The position numbers were made by a program, and so were the translations under genes. From Oscillospiraceae bacterium (lineage in GTDB: Bacteria; Bacillota; Clostridia; Oscillospirales; Ruminococcaceae): a DNA stretch of 35,884 nt. The stretch is from contig DAMDCT010000003.1 of NCBI GenBank assembly GCA_032091455.1, positions 31,096 to 66,979 on the forward strand, given 5' to 3'. Under the pieces are notes generated by a model that was not told where the DNA came from, did no database searches, and saw only the letters and a list, made by a program, of their open reading frames with translations. This document shows, in pieces, positions 10,710 through 20,177 of this stretch; within the stretch, counting starts at the first letter, position 1, and each line of letters opens with the position of its first letter.

Positions 10710-12509
10710 TTAATATTTACTGCATTGTAAATCGATTTCATCAATATTATCTTCAATAACATCATCTTGGATATCATATTCTAGAACAATTTCATCATCT
10801 TCAACTATCGGTTCATTCTCTTCATCGTTATCAGATTTTAATTTAAACTTACTAACCAAATCTTTAAGCATTTGCGCTTGTCCTGATAATTCTTCACTAG
10901 CCGCAGCACTTTGTTCTGCTGTTGCTGAGTTTGTTTGTACTACTGCTGCAATTTGCTCAACGCCTTGTGTTACTTGATTTACTGAACTTGCTTGGTTATT
11001 TGACGCAATTGATATTTCGTTAATTAGCTCTCCGAATTTTTTAGTTTCAGTAACAATACTGCTTAGTGATTCAGCGGTTGCATCAGCTATTTTTTTACCA
11101 TTTTCAACTGCTTTTATTGATGTTTCAATTAATGCCTCTGTATTCTTAGCTGCTTGTGCACTCTTACTTGCAAGGTTTCTTACTTCCTCTGCAACTACAG
11201 CAAATCCTTTACCAGCCGACCCAGCACGAGCGGCTTCAACTGCTGCATTTAGTGCAAGAATATTAGTTTGAAATGCAATGCTGTCAATAGTTTTAATAAT
11301 TTTACTAATTTGATTTGAGGTATCACTGATTTCATCCATTGCATTAATCATATCTTGCATCTGCTCATTACCTTTTAAAACAGACTCGCTTGATTTTTTA
11401 GTAATTCTAGTTGCTTCTACTGCATTTTGAGCATTATTCTTAATATGATCAGATATATCATTAATTGTTGCTGAAAGCTCTTCAATAGCACTAGCCTGCT
11501 CAGTTGCACCCTGTGATAATGCTTGTGCACCCCCAGATACCTGCTCAGAACCACTAGCAACTTGGTCTGACGAATTACTTATTTGTAGTAAAGTATCATT
11601 TAAAGAATCAAGTATAATAAGCATTGACTCTTTAATTTGTTTAAATTCTCCTATATATTCAGTAGTTACCTCAAAATTAAAATTACCATTAGCCATTTTT
11701 TCTAGCGATAAGGAGATGTCACTAATCATTTCTTTCATAAATGTCTTTGTACTAATTATTGAATTTGTAAGTGTTCCAATTTCCGATGTATCTGGTTCAA
11801 GATTAAACTCAGCAGATAGATTACCCCCTGCTATCTCCATCATTTCTTTATTTATTATAATAATAGGCTTAATAAGCTTTTTGCTTACATACCATTCATT
11901 CACAAACTGACTAATTACAGCAAGCGTAATTGCAACTAACAAAAGAATATTTGTCAAGCTAACCATTAAAGTATCACGTTCTATTGTCTTATTAATTCGC
12001 TTTTCAATTGATGATATAAACTCTAAAGTCAAAGCGTCAATTCTTGCATTGCCCTTCTCATATTCTGATTCATTCATTGTCTTTATAGCTTTAGTCGTAT
12101 CCCCGCTTGATACGTCATTCATCATACTTTGTTCAATTGACATCAATCCATTTGAAACACCTAATATCTGATCAATTAATTTTTTTTCCTTATCATCAAG
12201 TCCTGCTTTTTTTGCCTTTTCAACTGCCTTTTCTCTATTTTTTAACTCAGTTACTTCTTTCCAGTAATTATCAAAATGCACTTCATTTTTAGTTATAAAA
12301 TATGTTTTAACTTCATTTTTCAAGTACATACTTGAACGTAATAATTGATTTGCACTATCTAACAAATCATATTTACTTTTATTTGCAGTATTAAGTTTTG
12401 AATTAGAAAAAATGCTAATCATACACATTAGCATACCTAAAATAATTAATATAATGGAGCTAGTGTTAAGTATTTTTGAAAAAGTTGACTGTTTTTTTGC
12501 TTTTTTCAT
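10710..12509 (-). CDS. Methyl-accepting chemotaxis protein with helical (four-helix-bundle-like) sensor
   Basis: Two TM helices about 160 aa apart, [24 protein letters not shown]. Confidence 0.95.
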   Translation of the reverse strand: MKKAKKQSTFSKILNTSSIILIILGMLMCMISIFSNSKLNTANKSKYDLLDSANQLLRSSMYLKNEVKTYFITKNEVHFDNYWKEVTELKNREKAVEKAKKAGLDDKEKKLIDQILGVSNGLMSIEQSMMNDVSSGDTTKAIKTMNESEYEKGNARIDALTLEFISSIEKRINKTIERDTLMVSLTNILLLVAITLAVISQFVNEWYVSKKLIKPIIIINKEMMEIAGGNLSAEFNLEPDTSEIGTLTNSIISTKTFMKEMISDISLSLEKMANGNFNFEVTTEYIGEFKQIKESMLIILDSLNDTLLQISNSSDQVASGSEQVSGGAQALSQGATEQASAIEELSATINDISDHIKNNAQNAVEATRITKKSSESVLKGNEQMQDMINAMDEISDTSNQISKIIKTIDSIAFQTNILALNAAVEAARAGSAGKGFAVVAEEVRNLASKSAQAAKNTEALIETSIKAVENGKKIADATAESLSSIVTETKKFGELINEISIASNNQASSVNQVTQGVEQIAAVVQTNSATAEQSAAASEELSGQAQMLKDLVSKFKLKSDNDEENEPIVEDDEIVLEYDIQDDVIEDNIDEIDLQCSKY

Positions 12510-12553
12510 AAAAATTCCCCTATCAATATTTGGTTTTTTTGTTCCCTATGTAT

Positions 12554-12580
12554 ATATCGGCATCAAATTTGTTTTATTAA
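12554..12580 (-). promoter_or_regulatory. Sigma28-type promoter of MCP 3
   Basis: Minus strand TTAA-N15-GCCGATAT (consensus -10). Confidence 0.8.
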
Positions 12581-12755
12581 TAATAATTTGAAATATTTTG
12601 TAATATATTTATATATAATATATAAATATGTTTTATTAACCCATCTATTATAATATTTAATTATAAGATTATTATATAACATTACTGTATTAATAGTCTA
12701 AATACATCTTACTACAACTATGGTTGATACTATATAATTATTTACTGAATTAACA

Positions 12756-12784
12756 TTGACAGTTTATAAAAATTTATATATACT
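12756..12784 (+). promoter_or_regulatory. SigA-type promoter of GH1 gene
   Basis: TTGACA-N17-TATACT. Confidence 0.7.
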
Positions 12785-12829
12785 TACTTTATTGCTACAT
12801 TATGTAATTAGTAAAAGTGAGGTGTTTTT

Positions 12830-14092
12830 ATGAAATATGTATTAAATGATAATGTTCTTCTGGGCGTTGCGACTTCGGCTACTCAAATAGAAGGCGGAGA
12901 TGAAAACAATAGCTGGTATGACTGGTACAAACAAGGCAAAATACATGATAAAACAAGTCCACTAAGGGCAGATGATCATTTCAACAGATATGAAGAAGAT
13001 TTGCAATTAATGCACGATATGGGGATTGAGATATATCGTTTTGGAATTGAGTGGAGTAGAGTACAACCAACTAGGTATACCTTTGACCCTGTTGCTATGC
13101 AGCATTATAGAGATGAAGTTCTACTTATGAAAAAGTTAAATATTAAACCCTTACTAACTCTTCACCATTTTACTAATCCACTATGGTTTGATGAAATTGG
13201 AGGATTTGAAAATGATGATTGCGTAAATATTTTTATTGATTTTATACAATATGTGTTAGACAATCTTGGTGATATAGTTGATGAGTATATTACAATAAAT
13301 GAACCAAATGTTTTTGTTACATGTGGCTATTTTGATGGTTCGTGGCCTCCTGGCAAAAAATCCATTAAGCTTGTATCTAAGGTATTTAACAATATGACAT
13401 TATGTCATATTAAGGCTTATGAATTAATACATAAAGTAAGAAGTCAACAAGGGTATACAAATACTTTAGTAAGCTTTGCTAATCATTTACGAGTTTTTGA
13501 GCCTAAAAACAAATATAACCCATACCATGTTTTTTGTGCAAAGATGTCAGAGAAAATGTTTCAAACCAGCATAACTAAAGCTATGATGATAGGTGAATGC
13601 AACTTCCCACTTAAGAAATCCAAAAACATAAAAAGAGGTAAATATTACGATTTTATCGGTATCAATTATTACACTAGAAGCACAGTTAAAAGTTTAGGTG
13701 ACGGCGTTTTAGAGGATGCTCCTAAAAATGATTTAGGTTGGGAGATTTATCCGCAAGGACTAATAAGAGTTTCTAAAAAAATGTACGATTTGTATAAGGC
13801 ACCAATATTCATTACAGAAAACGGAACCTGTGATAATAATGACACATTTCGATCAAAATACATCTATGACCACCTAAAATGCATAGCTGAAAGTGACTTG
13901 CCTATAGAGCGGTATTATCACTGGTCCTTTACTGATAATTTTGAGTGGTTAGAAGGTGAGAGTGCAAGATTTGGACTTGTACATATTAACTATGAAAACC
14001 AAAAGCGTACTATAAAAAATAGTGGACACTTTTATAGTACAATAATTAAAAACAAAGGCGTTACACAAGAAGATTACAATAAATATTTATAG
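12830..14092 (+). CDS. Glycoside hydrolase family 1 (beta-glucosidase-like)
   Basis: GVATSATQIEG, YRFGIEWSR, catalytic TINEP and ITENG, DNFEW; GAGGTG RBS. Confidence 0.95.
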   Translation: MKYVLNDNVLLGVATSATQIEGGDENNSWYDWYKQGKIHDKTSPLRADDHFNRYEEDLQLMHDMGIEIYRFGIEWSRVQPTRYTFDPVAMQHYRDEVLLMKKLNIKPLLTLHHFTNPLWFDEIGGFENDDCVNIFIDFIQYVLDNLGDIVDEYITINEPNVFVTCGYFDGSWPPGKKSIKLVSKVFNNMTLCHIKAYELIHKVRSQQGYTNTLVSFANHLRVFEPKNKYNPYHVFCAKMSEKMFQTSITKAMMIGECNFPLKKSKNIKRGKYYDFIGINYYTRSTVKSLGDGVLEDAPKNDLGWEIYPQGLIRVSKKMYDLYKAPIFITENGTCDNNDTFRSKYIYDHLKCIAESDLPIERYYHWSFTDNFEWLEGESARFGLVHINYENQKRTIKNSGHFYSTIIKNKGVTQEDYNKYL

Positions 14093-14187
14093 AATTTTAC
14101 GGACTTTATTATTTTACATTGTTATATAGACATAAAACTCCAACCAGAAATGACGCCGGTTTTAATTCAGTTATCAGAACAACATTA

Positions 14188-14225
14188 AATCAGCCTTACA
14201 AGTTTTTTTACTTGCAAGGCTGATT
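14188..14225. terminator. Hairpin terminator between GH1 and the convergent small ORF
   Basis: AATCAGCCTTACAAGT-N6-ACTTGCAAGGCTGATT; fully paired on the minus strand with one G-U. Confidence 0.75.
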
Positions 14226-14243
14226 ATTATATAATTTAGTAAG

Positions 14244-14378
14244 TTATTGGTCTTTTTTCTTTCTTGTTATTCTTTCGGGTTGAGCTAATGCTTCTCTTTG
14301 GTATGTTGAAGGAGCTGCTACTTTTGTATCAGCTTTTTTCTTTTTCTTTGTTTCCTTTTTTATGTTTTTATCACCCAT
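14244..14378 (-). CDS. 44-aa lysine-rich small protein MGDKNIKKETKKKKKADTKVAAPSTYQREALAQPERITRKKKDQ
   Basis: AAAGGAG RBS before ATG; upstream TAGACA-N17-TATAAA promoter; downstream hairpin. Confidence 0.75.
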   Translation of the reverse strand: MGDKNIKKETKKKKKADTKVAAPSTYQREALAQPERITRKKKDQ

Positions 14379-14513
14379 GTTAGTTTCTCCTTTATTATTA
14401 ATAAGCTTATTCTACTTTTTCATATCCTTTCTTAGGATAATTAAAGTGCCCACTCAATTTCTCTTAAATCTTTATACCACAAACAATTTCAAATGTCTAT
14501 ACAATAAAGTACA

Positions 14514-14548
14514 AAAAAGACTAAATTCAATAAGAATTTAGTCTTTTT
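14514..14548 (-). terminator. Terminator of the tRNA gene
   Basis: AAAAAGACTAAATTC-N5-GAATTTAGTCTTTTT directly after the CCA end. Confidence 0.85.
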
Positions 14549-14560
14549 ACATAAAAATTA

Positions 14561-14636
<76 letters not shown>

Positions 14637-14673
14637 ATATTCTTTTTCACTAGGTAATCTCTAGTGCTTACAT

Positions 14674-14702
14674 AGTATAACACTAATCTAAAGAAAAAGC
14701 AA
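14674..14702 (-). promoter_or_regulatory. SigA-type promoter of tRNA-fMet
   Basis: TTGCTT-N17-TATACT with TG extension. Confidence 0.7.
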
Positions 14703-14752
14703 CACTTTTTTTGAAAAATGTTGCTTTTTTATTTTAAATCAACTTTTCGACA

Positions 14753-15000
14753 TTATTCTTTATCAAGTTTTTCTAATTCTTCTAACTCTTCTTCATCGAT
14801 TTCTGATAATTGTTCTTGCTCAAGATTATAGTCTACATCTGTGTTATAGTAATCATCATCTTCACAATATATGTCATCATCAAAATCAAGATTTTCGCCA
14901 ATTGCATCTGCTTTTTTCTTTAAATAAGTTCCAACTGCTACAGCTACACCAACAATTGCAGTTACAATAGCCACCGTTGCTATTATCCATTTTTTTTCAT
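14753..15000 (-). CDS. Small membrane-anchored acidic protein; apparent 1-nt frameshift in the A-run after the start codon
   Basis: GAGGAG RBS and ATG at 15000 followed by A8; body WIIATVAIVTAIVGV...acidic tail is in another frame (ORF track 14753-14974). Confidence 0.7.
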
Positions 15001-15175
15001 ATACTTTCTCCTCTTTCTATACCTATTAAGTTTATTATATACCGTAGATATTATAATTTCAATAAATAATCCAAATTTTCACTATTTGTAATATTTAATC
15101 AGTTTTATATTACAAAAATTAATAAATTATAAATAAAAATTTGAAACTAATATATACTGCGTTATTATAAAACTA

Positions 15176-15892
15176 TTACATATTATTAGTTGAATTTAGT
15201 ACTAATGTTAGTGCCGCAATTGGAGCAGTTTCACACCTTAATATTAGTTTACCCAAAGTTCCAATTCGAACTCCCTTATTTACTGCATACTCAATCTCTT
15301 TTTCACTAAATCCACCTTCGCTACCAATATATATATTTACATTATTAACATTAGTATCAATTATATTGTTAGTTCTATTGCCACCATGCTCATAATATAG
15401 AATACTACAACCATCTCCACCTTGATTTATTGCTTTCTCAAAGTTTAGTATATTCGTGACTTGTGGAATTATACCTCTTCCAGATTGTTTTGCTGCTTCA
15501 AATGCAATTTTATTATAACGAGTAAGTTTTTTTTCAAAAGAATTTTCGTCCATTCTTGATACACAATACTTTGTAAGCATTGGCACTATTCTAGTAACGC
15601 CCAGTTCTACAGCTTTTTGTATAATAAATTCAAGCTTATCTGCTTTTGGTAATGCTTGATACAATGTAATCAAAACACTTGGCTCAGTTTCATTTGGCTT
15701 GCTACTTAATATTTCAAGTTCAACCATATCATCAATACTAGATATATTACACTCATAATCAGTACCCTGTTTATCATTGATTATAACATTATCGCCAATT
15801 CTCATGCGCAACACCTTTGTAATATGTTTTGCATCCTCACCTTGAATGTATACTTTACCATTTTGAATATTGTCGCAAAAAAATCTTGGCAT
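15176..15892 (-). CDS. rsmE: 16S rRNA m3U1498 methyltransferase
   Basis: MPRFF start with AGGAG RBS; HITKVLR, QKAVELGV, EAAKQSGR, IGSEGGFS, ILRCETA. Confidence 0.95.
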   Translation of the reverse strand: MPRFFCDNIQNGKVYIQGEDAKHITKVLRMRIGDNVIINDKQGTDYECNISSIDDMVELEILSSKPNETEPSVLITLYQALPKADKLEFIIQKAVELGVTRIVPMLTKYCVSRMDENSFEKKLTRYNKIAFEAAKQSGRGIIPQVTNILNFEKAINQGGDGCSILYYEHGGNRTNNIIDTNVNNVNIYIGSEGGFSEKEIEYAVNKGVRIGTLGKLILRCETAPIAALTLVLNSTNNM

Positions 15893-16020
15893 AACATTTC
15901 TCCTATTTATAATTTCTTTATTTAATGCCACTTATATAGTTTATCCAGTATAGTAATCATAATAATAATTATACTGCTTATTTCAAAATATAACAACACT
16001 AAAAACCAACAGCCCATATT

Positions 16021-16069
16021 AAAAATCTACCAAACAAACCTCAATATGTAGTTTGTTCAATAGATTTTT
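16021..16069 (-). terminator. Hairpin terminator after hydrogenase
   Basis: Minus strand AAAAATCTATTGAACAAAC...GTTTGTTTGGTAGATTTTT. Confidence 0.65.
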
Positions 16070-16074
16070 AGTAA

Positions 16075-17379
16075 TTATTCCTCTTTATCTAGTGCATTTT
16101 TATATGGTGATTGCTCTGCAAACATTTTTACTTGAGCTGCCGCTTTCTTTAATGGTTGAAGTGTACCAGCACCACCAATACAACCGCCTTCACAAGCCAT
16201 TCCTTCGAGCAAATATCCATTGCGTTTCCCAGCCTTAGCAAGCGTCAGCATCTTTTTGCAATTTGCAAGTCCCTCTGCTCGGTCAACATTAACCTGCATA
16301 TCAGGATTAGTTCGTTTTATTATGCTTACTACTGCATCAGCAACTCCGCCAGCTACTGCAAATCCTCTTCCAGTTAAAGCCGCCTCTTCAACAGATCCTG
16401 TAAATTCCTCTGAAAAATCAATTTCCTTTGCTGCAAACATACCCATTAATTCTTCAAATGTAATTACAAAATCCACATCACTTTTTACGGTTTTCCTAAA
16501 TGCTTCTAGTTTTTTTGATGCACATGGCCCAATAAACACAACTTTAGCATCTTCATGTTTTTTCTTTATTGTCCTTGCTGTTGCAACCATTGGTGTGATT
16601 GTATCAGAAACACAATTAGCTATTTCAGGAAAAAGTGTTTTTGCCATAATAGACCATGATGGACAACATGAAGTAGCTAAGAAAGGGAGTTCAGTAGGGA
16701 CTTTTTTTACAAAATCCTCAGCTTCCTCAATTGAAACTGTATCTGCGCCTAATGCAACTTCATAAACTTCTTTAAATCCTAACTTTAACAAAGCCGCATT
16801 AACTTTATTCGGTGTTGCTAATGGACCAAACTGTCCTACAAAAGCAGGTGCTATTTCTGCAATAACATTTTCGCCTTTTTTTAATGCATCATAAGGACAA
16901 TATTCAGCACATCGTCCACACTTTACGCATTTTTCTTTATCTATATGTGATTTACCATTAACTATTGAAACTGCTTTAACAGGACATACACTTGTACATG
17001 GATGCGCCATGCAATTACGGCAATTATCAGTTACAACATATGCTGTTTCGTCACAAGCATTACATGCAAATGGTATAACATTTACAAGAGGAGCTTCAAA
17101 TACTCTTTCAGTTGCTATAGCCTTTGCAAAATCTCTTGATAAAGGTGCATGTTCATCTGCTCTTCTTACTGATAAGCCACATGCCAAGCGAATCCTCTCT
17201 GCAACAATTGCTCTTTCTTTAAACACGCTTTCTCGGTAAGACGCTACCTCGCCCTTAATAATTTCAAATGGTATTTCGTCAACTTTTGAATAATCATTCT
17301 CATAGCCATAGGCCAGCTCAGCTACTTTTTTGAAAACCTGTCTTCTAATATTTGTTACAGGTGTATATATCCCTCTCAT
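16075..17379 (-). CDS. [FeFe]-hydrogenase, group B-type, with ferredoxin domain; appears internally deleted
   Basis: H-cluster motifs TSCCPSW, GPCASKKLE, EGMACEGGCIGGAG; CxxCxxCxxxCP ferredoxin motifs. Confidence 0.9.
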   Translation of the reverse strand: MRGIYTPVTNIRRQVFKKVAELAYGYENDYSKVDEIPFEIIKGEVASYRESVFKERAIVAERIRLACGLSVRRADEHAPLSRDFAKAIATERVFEAPLVNVIPFACNACDETAYVVTDNCRNCMAHPCTSVCPVKAVSIVNGKSHIDKEKCVKCGRCAEYCPYDALKKGENVIAEIAPAFVGQFGPLATPNKVNAALLKLGFKEVYEVALGADTVSIEEAEDFVKKVPTELPFLATSCCPSWSIMAKTLFPEIANCVSDTITPMVATARTIKKKHEDAKVVFIGPCASKKLEAFRKTVKSDVDFVITFEELMGMFAAKEIDFSEEFTGSVEEAALTGRGFAVAGGVADAVVSIIKRTNPDMQVNVDRAEGLANCKKMLTLAKAGKRNGYLLEGMACEGGCIGGAGTLQPLKKAAAQVKMFAEQSPYKNALDKEE

Positions 17380-17434
17380 CTTTGTTACCCTTCCTTATTA
17401 AAAGTTACGGTGAAACATAATGTTCACTATAGCT

Positions 17435-17701
17435 TTATCCTTTTGATATCATTGAAATTATTTTAGCAGTAACTATGTCACTTGTTGCTTTTTCAATACG
17501 CTCAGAGTTTATAATTACCAATGGTGAAACGTCATGGCCTGCCTTATCACATAAACACTCATTTGCAATTACTTTGATTGTTGCATCAAATCTAAGTTGA
17601 TTCTTTAGCTTTTGCAAACTCTCAATTGACTCAACTATATCCATCGCACCATTCATAATACATTGAGTACAAGCACATACTCTTACTTCCAACCTTTTCA
17701 T
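17435..17701 (-). CDS. Thioredoxin-like [2Fe-2S] ferredoxin (NuoE-like) partner of the hydrogenase
   Basis: VRVCACTQC...ECLC; GGAGG RBS; directly upstream of hydrogenase. Confidence 0.8.
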   Translation of the reverse strand: MKRLEVRVCACTQCIMNGAMDIVESIESLQKLKNQLRFDATIKVIANECLCDKAGHDVSPLVIINSERIEKATSDIVTAKIISMISKG

Positions 17702-17734
17702 ATTCGCTCCCCCTCCATTAATCTATTTTATATT

Positions 17735-17763
17735 ATTATATCTAATTCCAATTAAGGTATCAA
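17735..17763 (-). promoter_or_regulatory. Proximal SigA-type promoter of hydrogenase operon
   Basis: TTGATA-N17-TATAAT. Confidence 0.65.
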
Positions 17764-17793
17764 GTATATCCTACTAATTCTTATCTACAATCA

Positions 17794-17811
17794 ATGTTAA
17801 AAAATTAACAA
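17794..17811. promoter_or_regulatory. Rex operator
   Basis: Minus strand TTGTTAA-TTTT-TTAACAT versus clostridial Rex consensus TTGTTAA-N4-TTAACAA. Confidence 0.75.
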
Positions 17812-17819
17812 TACTTTTT

Positions 17820-17848
17820 ATTATACACTCCAAATATCATTACGTCAA
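17820..17848 (-). promoter_or_regulatory. Distal SigA-type promoter of hydrogenase operon
   Basis: TTGACG-N17-TATAAT. Confidence 0.75.
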
Positions 17849-17886
17849 TACAGTGAAAGCTCATTATGACTGTGTTTTTTTATGAT

Positions 17887-19080
17887 TTAACCCTCTTGCT
17901 TTTCAAAATTTATCACTTTATCTTTTCCGCTTCTTTTGGCTTCATACAATGCCTGATCAGCCATACTAATATATTCACAAGGGAGTATTTTATCCGTGGG
18001 GATTTTTGAGTATACACCTATACTAATTGTTAAATTCTTTTTTTGAACACAACCATCATACGGAAATTTAAATAAGCTGACAGGCTTTCTTATATTCTCC
18101 GCAAGCTCCATAACAATACTCGTTTCAAGTTCCGATACTAAAATTGCAAACTCTTCTCCACCATATCTAAATAGCATAGCAGATAAATCTTGTGTACACT
18201 CACGAATAGCCATTGAAACATATTCAATGCATTGATCTCCAATTTGATGTCCATATATATCATTAATTTCTTTAAAGTCATCTATATCAATCATAATTAC
18301 GCTAAATGTTACTTGATTACAAAGGCACTGATTATATCGTTCAAGTAGTGCTGCATCTAACAATCGCCTATTGTATAAGCCTGACAAAGTATCAGTGACT
18401 GCAAGACTTTTGAGTTCCTCATTACGATCCATTATTCTTTTATTCTGTCTAAGTATAATTCGGCTTTTTTTAAAATCCAAAATTTTGTTACAATACCTGC
18501 TAAATGAAATAATTATTGCCGTTAAAACAACCGCTGTACTATTCACATAAATAGATAATACATTTGTCTTTGCAAGCTCTAATACAGTGAATAGCGTTAT
18601 AAAAATTGCGTGATTTACAATTAAAATAGTTGCTGTAATCATGGGATTTTGATACACAGTTACGCAAATTACAAATATTACTAACATATAAACCGTTATA
18701 TTATCTGTAATTTCCAAATCGAGAAGTGTAATAAATATACTCCAAATACTCATTATACATGTATAAGTAGCAACTAATAATTTGAAAAGTTTCACATTTT
18801 GATATATATTTTTTTTTATAATTTTTAGTATAATCAAAAACAATGATGTTACTAAAAATAATACCACATATAGTTTAAAATAAATTTTTTGCGAAAATTC
18901 ATACGTAGTATTTTTCATAAAAATTGCTATAGATAATATGTTATATAATTGAAATGTTAAATTAAAATAAAGAAGAATTATACCTGCAAAAAGATTATTT
19001 TTTAGGATTTCTATTTCAAATTCACTTTTAGCTTCCTTTGTAAAGAAAAAAATAGATTGCATTTTTTCTTTAAGCTTCAT
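17887..19080 (-). CDS. Membrane-bound diguanylate cyclase (GGDEF domain)
   Basis: About 6 TM helices; TDTLSGLYNRR, DIDDFKEIND.YGH..GD, RYGGEEF, ADQALYEAK. Confidence 0.93.
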   Translation of the reverse strand: MKLKEKMQSIFFFTKEAKSEFEIEILKNNLFAGIILLYFNLTFQLYNILSIAIFMKNTTYEFSQKIYFKLYVVLFLVTSLFLIILKIIKKNIYQNVKLFKLLVATYTCIMSIWSIFITLLDLEITDNITVYMLVIFVICVTVYQNPMITATILIVNHAIFITLFTVLELAKTNVLSIYVNSTAVVLTAIIISFSRYCNKILDFKKSRIILRQNKRIMDRNEELKSLAVTDTLSGLYNRRLLDAALLERYNQCLCNQVTFSVIMIDIDDFKEINDIYGHQIGDQCIEYVSMAIRECTQDLSAMLFRYGGEEFAILVSELETSIVMELAENIRKPVSLFKFPYDGCVQKKNLTISIGVYSKIPTDKILPCEYISMADQALYEAKRSGKDKVINFEKQEG

Positions 19081-19205
19081 CAACACCCTCCTAACTTACA
19101 AAAACTATTAACGTTTCACCTAATTATTATATCATATAACATTTATTAAAACTACATATTGAATATAAAACTGTTAACTTTGTATACTTTACCATATAAA
19201 TAATT

Positions 19206-19233
19206 AAAAAGCGAAGGCTATCCTTCGCTTTTT
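19206..19233 (-). terminator. Terminator of the arg operon
   Basis: AAAAAGCGAAGG-N4-CCTTCGCTTTTT right after the argF stop. Confidence 0.9.
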
Positions 19234-19234
19234 A

Positions 19235-20143
19235 CTATATCGTTTCCATTAATTTTACCAAAATTGCCTTTTGAGCATGTAATCGGTTCTCGGCTTCATC
19301 AAATATTTGATTTGCATGTAATTCAAACACTGAAGTAGTTATTTCTTCTTCTCTGTGTGCCGGCAAACAATGCATTACCATAGCATCATTTTTAGCAATT
19401 GACATAACTTTATCATTTATTTGATAATTAGCAAATATTTTATTTCTCTCATCTTTTTCATGTTCATCACCCATTGATGCCCATACATCAGTTACTACCA
19501 CATCCGCGTTTTGTGCGGCTTTTTGAACATCATTTGTTAATTCAAAGCAATCATATTCCTTTGCAAAATCAGCAATTTCTTTATCAAGATTAACACCCAC
19601 AGGACAAGCAATAGATACGCTCATTCCTACTTTCAAACAACCTACAATAAGTGAATTTGCAACATTATTAGTATCTCCAATAAAGCAGAGTTTTAACCCA
19701 TCAAATGTGCCCTTATACTCTCTAATAGTCATAAGGTCAGCCAGAATTTGACATGGGTGACAAAAGTCAGTTAGTCCATTTATTACGGGTATGCTACCGT
19801 ATTGAGCTAAATCCTCAACCTCTTTCTGAGCAAAAGTTCTTATCATTATTGCGTCACAATAACGGGATAATACTCTTGCTGTGTCGCTTGTAGGTTCTCC
19901 ACGACCAATTTGCAAGTCAGACGAACTTAAAAAAAGCGCATGTCCGCCAAGCTGATACATACCAGCTTCAAATGATACTCTTGTACGAGTTGATGACTTT
20001 TGAAATATCATTGCAAGGGTTTTTCCCTCAAGTCTTTTATGTTGAATATTATTCTTTTTTTCATATTTAAGTTGGTCTGCAAGATTTAACAACTCAATGA
20101 TTTCTTCCTTTGTTAAATCTAACAGCTTCAATAAATGCTTCAA
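19235..20143 (-). CDS. argF: Ornithine carbamoyltransferase
   Basis: SSTRTR, HPCQ, DVWASMG, HCLP. Confidence 0.96.
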   Translation of the reverse strand: MKHLLKLLDLTKEEIIELLNLADQLKYEKKNNIQHKRLEGKTLAMIFQKSSTRTRVSFEAGMYQLGGHALFLSSSDLQIGRGEPTSDTARVLSRYCDAIMIRTFAQKEVEDLAQYGSIPVINGLTDFCHPCQILADLMTIREYKGTFDGLKLCFIGDTNNVANSLIVGCLKVGMSVSIACPVGVNLDKEIADFAKEYDCFELTNDVQKAAQNADVVVTDVWASMGDEHEKDERNKIFANYQINDKVMSIAKNDAMVMHCLPAHREEEITTSVFELHANQIFDEAENRLHAQKAILVKLMETI

Positions 20144-20177
20144 TGTTATTCACTCCGTTTCATACGTTTACTATCTA

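Noticed and set aside
14430..14470. c-di-GMP-II riboswitch suggested by GTGGGCAC in the microprotein leader
   Set aside because: No complementary GTGC pseudoknot partner or enclosing stems found.
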